Shown here one piece after another: positions 40,471-48,845 of a DNA stretch of 64,000 nucleotides. The notes beneath the pieces are model-generated. The model did not search any database and was not told where the DNA came from. It was given only the letters and a program-made list of their open reading frames with translations. The position numbers and the translations under genes are program-made. Within the stretch, counting starts at the first letter, position 1, and each line of letters opens with the position of its first letter. Location of the stretch: contig CALSSJ010000005.1 in the NCBI GenBank assembly GCA_943788985.1, positions 144,066-208,065 of the forward strand, given 5' to 3'. The stretch comes from an uncultured Lentisphaerales bacterium. Its GTDB lineage: Bacteria; Verrucomicrobiota; Lentisphaeria; JABSQK01; UBA12247.

Positions 40471-41381
40471 ATGATATTGCATCCTAGAAACTATCTCCTC
40501 TTACTCGCCGGAGCCTGCTGCTTGTGGACCGGATGCTTGCAACCTCGACACGACGTTGCTGACGCAAGACTAGAGGCGTACCCGGCGCTTCAAAATCTGC
40601 TGCTCGTGACCGGGGGGGTCTATTCCGGGGGCCAGCCAGATGGCGATGGGGCATTCGCTCAGCTTTCCCAGCTCGGCGTGAAAACGATCGTGAGCGTCGA
40701 TGGGGCAACGCCCGATGTGGCGGCCGCTCGCAGGCATGGTCTGGACTATGTTCATATTCCGATCGGGTATGATGGCGTCGCCGAAGAAGCCGGACTATCG
40801 CTGGCGCGGCTGGTTCGGGACCGGGGCGGTCCGTTCTATATCCACTGTCACCATGGCCAGCACCGGGCCCCGGTCGCCGCAGCCATTGCTTGTCTTGCGG
40901 CTGGCGATGTCGATGGCAGCGGGGCGCTCAAGATTCTCGAGCGCGCGGGGACAAGCCGAGAGTATGCCGGGCTTTTGGCGCGATGTGGAGAACTATCAGG
41001 TGCCAGCTAAGGATGCTGAGCTTCCGGCACTGGTTGAGGTAGCCACGGTCGAATCTCTCGCTGCCGCGATGGCAAAAAATAGACCGTGCGTATGACAACG
41101 TAAAGCTGTGCCGTAAGGCCAACTGGGGGACGCCCTACGAGCATCCAGATTTAAATCCCGCACAAGAGGCGTTGCTGGTGAAGGAGGGCCTGCGTGAATC
41201 CGCCCGCAATCTTGCGGGTGAATACGGGGATGAATTCAAAAGATGGCTTACTGAAGGGGAGTTCCTTGCCCAAGAGTTTGAGGATTCACTCAAGGCAGAC
41301 AGCGCTGAGGATGAGATCTCTCGGAAATTCCAAGCGTTGCAGAAATCTTGCCGACAGTGCCACGATAAGCACCGGAACTAA
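40471..41381 (+). CDS. Exported Cys-based phosphatase-like (CX5R) domain fused to a C-terminal cytochrome c motif, two frameshifts
   Basis: Signal peptide/lipobox-like N-terminus, SGGQP, IHCHHGQHR, terminal SCRQCHDKHRN. Shifts at a T run (~40975) and an A run (~41075). Confidence 0.7.
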
Positions 41382-41438
41382 TTGCCCGTGCCCTTGCAAC
41401 CGAGCTCCCCCAGCATCTCAGCCCGCGAAAGCTAGAGG

Positions 41439-41624
41439 GGATTAACTGGATCAACAGGATGAAGGGACTGGGCGGATTGCAGGCCTCTTTTATCCGCTGA
41501 ATTCGAGCAACGTACGTCGGGAAAAATATGACAAGAAGATTTTTGGGGCAAGAAAAATGGCAGGTCGGCGGTACCACCTATTCTTGTCGTCTAAATCTTC
41601 TTGTCTAATCTTGGTCATCCTGTC
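41439..41624. repeat. Nested inverted repeats between convergent genes
   Basis: Inner arms gacaagaagattt..caagaa (41530) / ttcttgtcgtctaaatcttcttgtc (to 41605); outer arms acaggatga / tcatcctgt. Confidence 0.65.
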
Positions 41625-41721
41625 TTTTCGCTCGAGACGGCAGTGCCATGATGCAAAATTGACCGCGACATAAAGCTTCTGGCAAGCTGCCCAAGGTCCA
41701 AAGTCGCAAAAGAAAATAACC

Positions 41722-42850
41722 TTATCCGTGAGCAGCCAATTTAGGAGGTGCGCGACGTCGGCGTTTGCGGGGTGGGCGGACTTCGTCACGAAGAAAGACC
41801 TTGGCCACAAATGGCGAGGTCATGGCCTGGAGGAGGGCGCTGTATTGGAGCTGAAAGCGGACTTCGGTGCCGACAGTCAGGTGGGCTTGGGCGCACTCCA
41901 CAATGAGGTGGTCGCTGCTGGCGCCGTGGATCTCTACGCCTGGTGGCGGCTCGAGGCCGAGCGGGTCGCAGTCTTGGCAGCCGATCGCGAGGATGCTGCG
42001 CCAGACGGGTGCCTCGGTCGGCGACCTTGGCCTTGGTCCCCAAGGCCGTCTGTGCCAGCGCGCCCCAGGGCTTCGAGGGTTTCTGCTTCAATTCGATAAC
42101 CTCGGCGACCAGCGTGATGGCATCTGTGTACAGCCCGTCGAGCGGGCAGCGGTGAAGGGTCTCGCAGCCCAACAGGATGGACTCTCCGAGGCGTAGGTCG
42201 TTGACGCGTCCGCAGTCCTGGCCGCTGAATGCCCAATTGAGATTCGCGGAGTTTCCGCCGGATATGGTGGCAAGACGCCGTCCGAAGGTAGATTCGATGG
42301 TGCAAGTGAGGGCTGATAGCTGCGCCATATTGCTAGCGTCCGGGGAGGTGCCGCTGTGGCAAGCGAGGTTTGTGCCGATGCCTTGCAAGGTGAGCCCTGG
42401 CAGCTCCATGACCGCGTGTACGACGCTCGGCAGATCAGTGGGCATGATTCCTTCTCGTAGATCGCCCAACTCGACCATTAGGATGACGCCGTGTGACCGG
42501 TTAGCCTGTACAGCCGCCTGCGATAGGAGTCTGAGGACGGAAAGCTCGGTGTTGAAGCTGATATCCGCTGAGGCAATGACGCGTTCGACCTGGCTAGGCA
42601 TGGGCGAGCGAATCAGCGCGATCGAGCCAGCCATGCCAGCCTTGCGGAGGGCCTCGATGTTCTCGATCCGGGAATCGCCCAATGAGCCGATGCCCGCAGC
42701 CAGAAGCTGACGGGCGATGTGGGGGGAACCCAAGGTGGCCTTGGTCACCCCCTGTGACTTCGATGCCGCGCGTGGCGAGTCGCCCCACCAGCGTGGATGC
42801 GTTGTGACCAATTTTTTCGCAGATCGATCTCAATCCGAGGCGCGGGTCAT
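41722..42850 (-). CDS. PLP-dependent alanine/ornithine racemase family protein (YhfX/Orr-like), frameshifted
   Basis: PRIEIDLRKIGHN, GVTKA (PLP Lys), DSRIENI, ELGDLREG, GTNLAC, SGGNS, LRLGE, GASSDH, AMTSPFV. Shifts near 42843, 42775 and 42000. Confidence 0.8.
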
Positions 42851-44043
42851 TCCTGCCTCTGCGATACCCTCTCTGCCAGCTCAGGGAATGCAGACAGCAC
42901 CATGTTTACCAGATGATCCTGTGACCGCGTGAGCGCGTCGGTCACGGGGATTCTGAGTTCGCGCTCGTAGCGGGTGATCGCGGCAGTCACTTCCGCGTCA
43001 CTCATGTTTTCATGGTTCAGGGTGAGGCCAATCACGCGCGTCTTGGCGAAGGTCTGGATGAGGTTGATCTCGCTGGCGGGAGTGGGCATTGGCATCGTCT
43101 CGAAATCGCAGCGGTGGGCACGGGCCGGCGCATGCTGCAGGATCACTGCGTGGGGAGAGCTGCCACGCAGAATGAAGCTCGAGGTGGAATAGGCCGGATG
43201 GCTTAGCGCGCCTTGCCCTTCGATCACGATGACGTCCGGAGCCTCGCCTTCATAGGCCTCCATGATTGTCGCCTCCAACTCGCCGGCGCAGAACTGGGAG
43301 GGGACGGCATCCAGCGCCAGTCCGTAGCGTGCGCCTTGGATCAGGCCGGTTTGTCCGGTCCCGACCATGACGGTCTTGATGCCGTTGGCATTGAGGGCGC
43401 GGGTGAGCGCCGTGCAGGTGGTCCGTTTGCCAATGGCACAATCGGTGCCGAGGACCGCAAGTCGCGGGCAGGCCATCGTTGTCAAACTGCCGCTAAAAAC
43501 CCGCAAGTCCTTGGTGGCGCGAGGCCTGCGGACGTCGATGATCGTCGTATTGTGGGCGCTGCTTGCGGCAGCAAACTCCGGGTCGTCATTGAGGAATTCA
43601 TGCAGTCCGTTGACGATACTCATGCCTTGTTTGATTGCTTTGAGCATGAGCGTGCGCTCCTGTGCAGAGAGCATGCCGCTGGCTGGTGCTTTGCCGAAGA
43701 TGAAGTAGTCCGGAATACTGCCGGCCTGCTTCAAGGCGGCGTTAAGGTCGGCACAGATCGGGATGGCTTGTTCGATATTATCCAGCACCATGCCAGCATC
43801 CAGCCCGGCCTTAGTGCTGTCGATGACGGATAGAATTCGGTACTTTTCCGAATGACGCACGAGTCCGTTCGCGGTTTTGCCATCTAGCGCGCCAAATTCG
43901 GCTTCGCAGTACACGATGGCGGTGGCCGTGGTGCTTCTCTGGCGAGGCGGCTTGGGCGGGGCGAGCGTGGCTCGATCTGATGGGGGGGCGGAAACAGTTT
44001 CCAATAGTGCGTGCGAAGGCACACAGGCCTGACGGACTGGCAT
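42847..44043 (-). CDS. DUF1611 family protein (DgcN-like P-loop protein)
   Basis: GKTANGLVR, NGLHEFL, GTDCAIGKRTT, TGQTG, EGQGALSHP. Confidence 0.9.
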   Translation of the reverse strand: MPVRQACVPSHALLETVSAPPSDRATLAPPKPPRQRSTTATAIVYCEAEFGALDGKTANGLVRHSEKYRILSVIDSTKAGLDAGMVLDNIEQAIPICADLNAALKQAGSIPDYFIFGKAPASGMLSAQERTLMLKAIKQGMSIVNGLHEFLNDDPEFAAASSAHNTTIIDVRRPRATKDLRVFSGSLTTMACPRLAVLGTDCAIGKRTTCTALTRALNANGIKTVMVGTGQTGLIQGARYGLALDAVPSQFCAGELEATIMEAYEGEAPDVIVIEGQGALSHPAYSTSSFILRGSSPHAVILQHAPARAHRCDFETMPMPTPASEINLIQTFAKTRVIGLTLNHENMSDAEVTAAITRYERELRIPVTDALTRSQDHLVNMVLSAFPELAERVSQRQE

Positions 44044-44311
44044 AACGACTCCTAGAGTAAAACTCAGAGGAGGCGACAGGATCGTGCCGGCCAAAATGGC
44101 CAAGAGTCAACGAGCAGTCCCCGCTAAGATGGAATTGAACGGATATTATAACATACCCGGTTTATTGGGATGTTCCTGTCGCGCTTGGCTTTTCGCTCAG
44201 GCTTGATTCTCTCGATGCGCTGGTTGTCTCTTGATTTTATAATGTTACCAGGGGTGACTTTTATTTATTTCAGGCGGTGTCTGTCGCAGGCCATGTCGTT
44301 GCAAATTGCAT

Positions 44312-44644
44312 TCAATCGGCTATGCTGGGGTGGGCTTCGAGCGGGTACCGGCGTAGCCCGAACTCGGTTTCGATGGTAGACGCGCCATCTCGCAGCACGG
44401 CCGCTTGCCAGCCCAAGGATAGCTCGCCCTCGTGCAGGTCCCAGTCGGCGCTGGCGGTAGTGGTAATGGACTCGCGCCAGGCAATTCCGGCTCGGTCGAC
44501 TTGCTGTTCCCTCGCGAGCTCTTGGGTGAGAGTGCGAGTGATGGCGGTGCATTGGGCCAGTACCGGGGACACTAAACCGGTCGCCGCCGACCTGATGGCA
44601 ATGACGGTGAGGACTTCGGGAAGTGTGAACCCGCGGCGTTTCAT
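44312..44644 (-). CDS. Short pseudopilin-like protein, possibly degenerate
   Basis: MKRRGFTLPEVL; overlaps the upstream ORF (ATGA). Confidence 0.55.
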   Translation of the reverse strand: MKRRGFTLPEVLTVIAIRSAATGLVSPVLAQCTAITRTLTQELAREQQVDRAGIAWRESITTTASADWDLHEGELSLGWQAAVLRDGASTIETEFGLRRYPLEAHPSIAD

Positions 44645-44898
44645 CGCGACACCATAACCTCGGCCAGCACCGGTGTGGACTCCGCAATTTGCAAGTTCGC
44701 GACTCCGGGTGCGAACGCCATCGTCGGCGTAAGCGGGTCACCAGGCCGGATTGGTGTGGCCTCAAATTCGTATTTCAGCAGGGCACGAAGTTCGCTCCCG
44801 CGAATGGCGAGCGCTGCCCCGTGCGCTAAGCCTGCAAGAAGCACGCCGAGTACACCGACGGCAAATACCAGCTCAAGGATGGAAAATCTACGCCGCAT
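44641..44898 (-). CDS. Short pseudopilin-like protein
   Basis: MRRRFSILELVFAVGVLGVLL prepilin-type N-terminus. Confidence 0.6.
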   Translation of the reverse strand: MRRRFSILELVFAVGVLGVLLAGLAHGAALAIRGSELRALLKYEFEATPIRPGDPLTPTMAFAPGVANLQIAESTPVLAEVMVSR

Positions 44899-44989
44899 GT
44901 GGTCTCAGATAGGGGCCCAGAGCTCTGAGATTCCTGTGCGCATCTGGGCCTTTTTTCTTCCACATGAGATGCTCTGATTTGCGGGTTGC

Positions 44990-45095
44990 GAATATCCAAC
45001 AGCCAACAAGGAATTGCCACTGCCCAAGGCGTGGAGGACGTGCTGAATAGTCTCTATTTGGCTATTGGATATTTCTTGTTGGCTGTTGTTTATTC
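44990..45095. repeat. ~105 bp palindromic element, copy 3
   Basis: gaatatccaacagccaacaaggaattgccactgcccaa ... ttggctattggatatttcttgttggctgttgtttattc. Confidence 0.85.
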
Positions 45096-45242
45096 TGCCT
45101 TTTCCAAGCTGTGGTCAGCGTGCCCGTCATCCGCAGGCGGTCAAGGCAGTGCCGTGCGGGATCGCGTGCGCGGCCTTGCGTACGGCCAAAGTGTCGCTAG
45201 GTTTGGGATGGTATTTTCCTTACTTTTTAGGCGAGCCGCACC

Positions 45243-46664
45243 GTGCGATTCCTTTTCTTTTTGCTTGTCGCAGCCACCGCCTGCGCTGATTTCGCCGGCT
45301 TGGCGCCGGACGGGCTTATTTACGCGTCTAATCGTAGTAATAGCTTTCAGATCTGGCAAACTGACCTGAATCAGGATGCGCAGTTGACGCATCTGGAGGG
45401 CGATATCGCCTGGGCACCGCGGCTCTCACCGCATGGTGATGTGCTGGTATACTACCGGAGCGCGAAGGGCGCTGGGCCGAATAATTTCGAAAGCTGTGAA
45501 CTGTGGCGCCACAGTCTGATCAGCCACCATGACCGGGCGCTGATTCCCCGTCGTAAGTATGGCTGGAAAGCGCACTCCGGGGCGCAGTGGTCTCCCGATG
45601 GCAAGTCGCTGGTAATGGCCGCTAAGACCACGAAGGAAGATGCCTGGCAGCTTTTCGTGACCGATGGTGAGGGAAATTATCCGCGCAAGTTGACGCGCGG
45701 CGAGCGCCAGTTTCACGATCCCTGCTGGTCACCCGATGGCAGGCAGATCGCCTATGTTGCGTTTCCCAAAGGATACGAAGGCATCGACCCCCGTCGCTTC
45801 GAAATCCACATTGCGAACGCCTCAGGCAAGGACGAAGTACGAGTTACCTACGATGCGCTGCGTGATCATCATCCGGCCTGGAGCCCAGACGGCACTCTGA
45901 TTGCCTACGAATCTCAGATCAATAAGACGGTGGGCACCAAGGGAAGCTGGGCGATTCGGGTCATTGGCACGGATGGCACCGGAAACCGATCTATCGTTGA
46001 AGATGCTCATTTTAACAGCAGCCCGCGCTGGTCAGTGGACGGGAGCGTGGTGTTTTTTCACCGCTCGCGCAATGTGAACGCGGACGAAGTGCACATCTGG
46101 GGGATTGGGCAAGACGGCAGCAGGTTGCGCCGCGTGATTTACAGCAATGCCTACAGCAACATGATGGTGGACATTGTGACCCCGCAAGCGGGCGAGTCTG
46201 AGGAAGAGTACGTCTGGCCCAAGACGACAGTGCCCGTCGAGAAGCGAGAACTTGCTGAGTTGAGCAAAGTCCTTAGTGAGGAAGACGCCGCTGAGCAGCT
46301 CGTTGCGGAGTCCGCAATTCCAGCTGCCGTAGTCCAAGAGCCGACCGAGTTGCCAGACATCGATGAGCCGGCACTGGCGGCAGTACCTGTGGTACAGGCT
46401 ATGCCTGAGATGCAAGAACTCATTCCCGAGCCCGAGCCCGTGCCGGAGCCAATCCGAAAGTTCGAGCGCATCGAGAAGGGCAAGGAGGTGCCAGAGCCAG
46501 AACCCGTCCCAGTGCCCAAGCTGCAGGCGACTCCAATTGAAACGCCGAGCGCGCCAGCGATCCAAGATGCTGAGCTTGAACAGATGCTCGAGCAGGCACT
46601 GGATGGAACTTTGGAAGGCGACTTCCCGGATGAACCAGAAGGTTCACATCCGAAAGTAGATTGA
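45243..46664 (+). CDS. TolB-like PD40 beta-propeller protein with Pro/Glu-rich tail
   Basis: Signal peptide; repeated P-x-(W/L)SPDG motifs; C-terminal PEPEPVP repeats. Confidence 0.85.
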   Translation: MRFLFFLLVAATACADFAGLAPDGLIYASNRSNSFQIWQTDLNQDAQLTHLEGDIAWAPRLSPHGDVLVYYRSAKGAGPNNFESCELWRHSLISHHDRALIPRRKYGWKAHSGAQWSPDGKSLVMAAKTTKEDAWQLFVTDGEGNYPRKLTRGERQFHDPCWSPDGRQIAYVAFPKGYEGIDPRRFEIHIANASGKDEVRVTYDALRDHHPAWSPDGTLIAYESQINKTVGTKGSWAIRVIGTDGTGNRSIVEDAHFNSSPRWSVDGSVVFFHRSRNVNADEVHIWGIGQDGSRLRRVIYSNAYSNMMVDIVTPQAGESEEEYVWPKTTVPVEKRELAELSKVLSEEDAAEQLVAESAIPAAVVQEPTELPDIDEPALAAVPVVQAMPEMQELIPEPEPVPEPIRKFERIEKGKEVPEPEPVPVPKLQATPIETPSAPAIQDAELEQMLEQALDGTLEGDFPDEPEGSHPKVD

Positions 46665-47500
46665 TGACAACCGCTGCGCGGTCGGTCAGTATTCTTGGCT
46701 GTGGCTGGCTGGGGACCGCCTTAGGGGCCACACTCGCAGCCGATGGCTGGCAGGTAAGGGGCTCGACGATGCATTTGGATCGCTTTGACGCCCTCCGCGC
46801 GCACCACATTGACCCTGTCCAATTGATTGTCGACGCCGCTGGGGTCTGGCCCGCGTGCGACGCATTCTGGCAAAGTAACGCGCTGATTATCAGCATTCCG
46901 CCGGGACGGCGAACGGATGCAGTCGTCGGCTTTGCAGATCGGATCCGCGCAGTCTGTCGGGCGTGGTCTGCCCCCCCGGAGCAGGTGATTCTGCTGAGCT
47001 CTACCTCGGTCTACGCGGCGACTAACCGGCCCGTGAGCGAGGGCGAGATCAACCCAAGCCATGTTCGGCTCAAGCCTTCCGGGCGCGCCCTGCTCGAGGC
47101 TGAAGCCGTGATTGCCGACGCAGCAGCGCATGCGACGATTCTGCGGCTTGCGGGGCTAATCGGCCCGGACCGTCACCCTGGACGGTTTCTGGCGGGGAAG
47201 AAAAACGTGGCTGGCGGCGACGTGCCGGTGAACCTTGTCCACCGTCGCGATTGCGTCGCAATCATCACCCAGATCCTCGCAGAATCGCATAAAGGTGAAG
47301 TGTTCAACGTAGTTGCAGATGCACATCCGACTCGGCGAGAGTATTATGTGCGTGCTGCAGAGCGACTAGGGCTACCGCCCCCATCCTTTGCAAACTCTGA
47401 AAATGAATCCTGGAAAATAGTGAGAAATGATAAACTTAAGCAAGCGCTGTCCTACAGCTTCCGCGTACCGGATCCTGCTTCTTGTCTGTCTGACGAGTAG
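46664..47500 (+). CDS. Atypical SDR / NAD(P)-dependent epimerase (YeeZ-like)
   Basis: ILGCGWLG, SSTSVY, LRLAGLIGPDR, VNLVHRRD. Confidence 0.88.
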   Translation: MTTAARSVSILGCGWLGTALGATLAADGWQVRGSTMHLDRFDALRAHHIDPVQLIVDAAGVWPACDAFWQSNALIISIPPGRRTDAVVGFADRIRAVCRAWSAPPEQVILLSSTSVYAATNRPVSEGEINPSHVRLKPSGRALLEAEAVIADAAAHATILRLAGLIGPDRHPGRFLAGKKNVAGGDVPVNLVHRRDCVAIITQILAESHKGEVFNVVADAHPTRREYYVRAAERLGLPPPSFANSENESWKIVRNDKLKQALSYSFRVPDPASCLSDE

Positions 47501-48842
47501 CGTGGGGCTTGTGGCGCAAATCCCGCAGAAGGGCAACACCGCCTACACTCTGGATACGATGCACAAGCACCTGCAGGAGGCCGAAGAGGGGACCTGGTAC
47601 GTGCGGATCAGCGACGTGGTGGAGAATCGCGACATCTTTGACTTTCGTGGCGACACGCCTGCGATTCCTGCGTCGAACCAGAAGTTGGTGACTGCTGTCG
47701 CCGCGCTGATGACGCTGGGACCCGCGCATCGGGCGAGGACTGAAGTGTACGCCACAGGGCCAATTGAGGACGGGACGCTGCATGGCGACCTGCTGTTTCG
47801 TGGGTTTGGCGGGGTTCACTTCACGGGCCGTTATCCGCGGAGTGCTACGCCCAAGGAGAAGAACGACCGGCTTCGCCTCCAAGCGCAACGCATGATTCGG
47901 GCACTGCACGATGCCGGAATTCGCCGGGTGGATGGGAAGATCACCACCGATACCACGCGCTGGTCGGACATGGTGAGTAATGAGCACTACCCGTGCGCAC
48001 ATGGCCTTTCTTTTAACGAGAACACGGTGGACGTGCATGTGGTGGACTCCTCGATCCGCAGCGTGCCCATGGCGGTGAGCGGGTTTCTTGTCGAGCCCAG
48101 CGGCAATGCCAGCGGCCAGGCGCGGCGCGGCAAGAGCGACATGATTCTGGTAAACAGCAGTGTAGACGGCTACGACTACTGGCGCTTGGAGCACAACCAG
48201 CCGTCCGACGTGTATGCGCATCACATCCGTCGCCAGTTGCAGTTGCACGGCATCATGGTCATGGGCCAGGAGCAGCCAGCTGTCGCCGAGACTGCCGTGG
48301 GCCGCTTGAAATCACTGAGCATCGAGGAGCTGATCATCCCGATGGGCGTGTATAGCGACAATTTCCGCGCGGAGATGTTATACCTGACACTCGGCTTTGA
48401 GGGCTTCGACAGCGCTAATTACGCGACTGGACAGGCAGCTATCCTCGCAGGGCTTCAGCGCATTGGCTTCCCGCTGGAGGGGCTGGTGCCAGCAGATGGC
48501 TCGGGACTCAGTTATGAGAATCGCGTGTCTCCCGGCCAACTCGTGTACATCCTGAACATGCTGAATGAGAGTAAGTATCGGGAGATCCTGCGCCGCATGT
48601 TGCCCGTGGCTGGCGAATCCGGCACTCTCGAGAAGCGCTTTCTGGAACACCGCGCGCGCAACAACCTGCAAGCCAAAACGGGGACGCTGAAATCTGTGGT
48701 ATCGCTATCCGGATTCATCACGACTGAGCAGGGAAACCTGCTGTCCTTTTCGATGATCGCGAATCACGTGAAGGATCACGATGCTTGCTGGCAGACCATT
48801 GAGCGGTTTGCCGACCTGATGCTAGACCTGCGACTGGAATAG
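47427..48842 (+). CDS. dacB: D-alanyl-D-alanine carboxypeptidase/endopeptidase (PBP4, peptidase S13)
   Basis: PASNQK (SxxK), SDN, DGSGLS..NR, AKTGTL. Start uncertain. Confidence 0.9.
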   Translation: MINLSKRCPTASAYRILLLVCLTSSVGLVAQIPQKGNTAYTLDTMHKHLQEAEEGTWYVRISDVVENRDIFDFRGDTPAIPASNQKLVTAVAALMTLGPAHRARTEVYATGPIEDGTLHGDLLFRGFGGVHFTGRYPRSATPKEKNDRLRLQAQRMIRALHDAGIRRVDGKITTDTTRWSDMVSNEHYPCAHGLSFNENTVDVHVVDSSIRSVPMAVSGFLVEPSGNASGQARRGKSDMILVNSSVDGYDYWRLEHNQPSDVYAHHIRRQLQLHGIMVMGQEQPAVAETAVGRLKSLSIEELIIPMGVYSDNFRAEMLYLTLGFEGFDSANYATGQAAILAGLQRIGFPLEGLVPADGSGLSYENRVSPGQLVYILNMLNESKYREILRRMLPVAGESGTLEKRFLEHRARNNLQAKTGTLKSVVSLSGFITTEQGNLLSFSMIANHVKDHDACWQTIERFADLMLDLRLE

Positions 48843-48845
48843 CAG

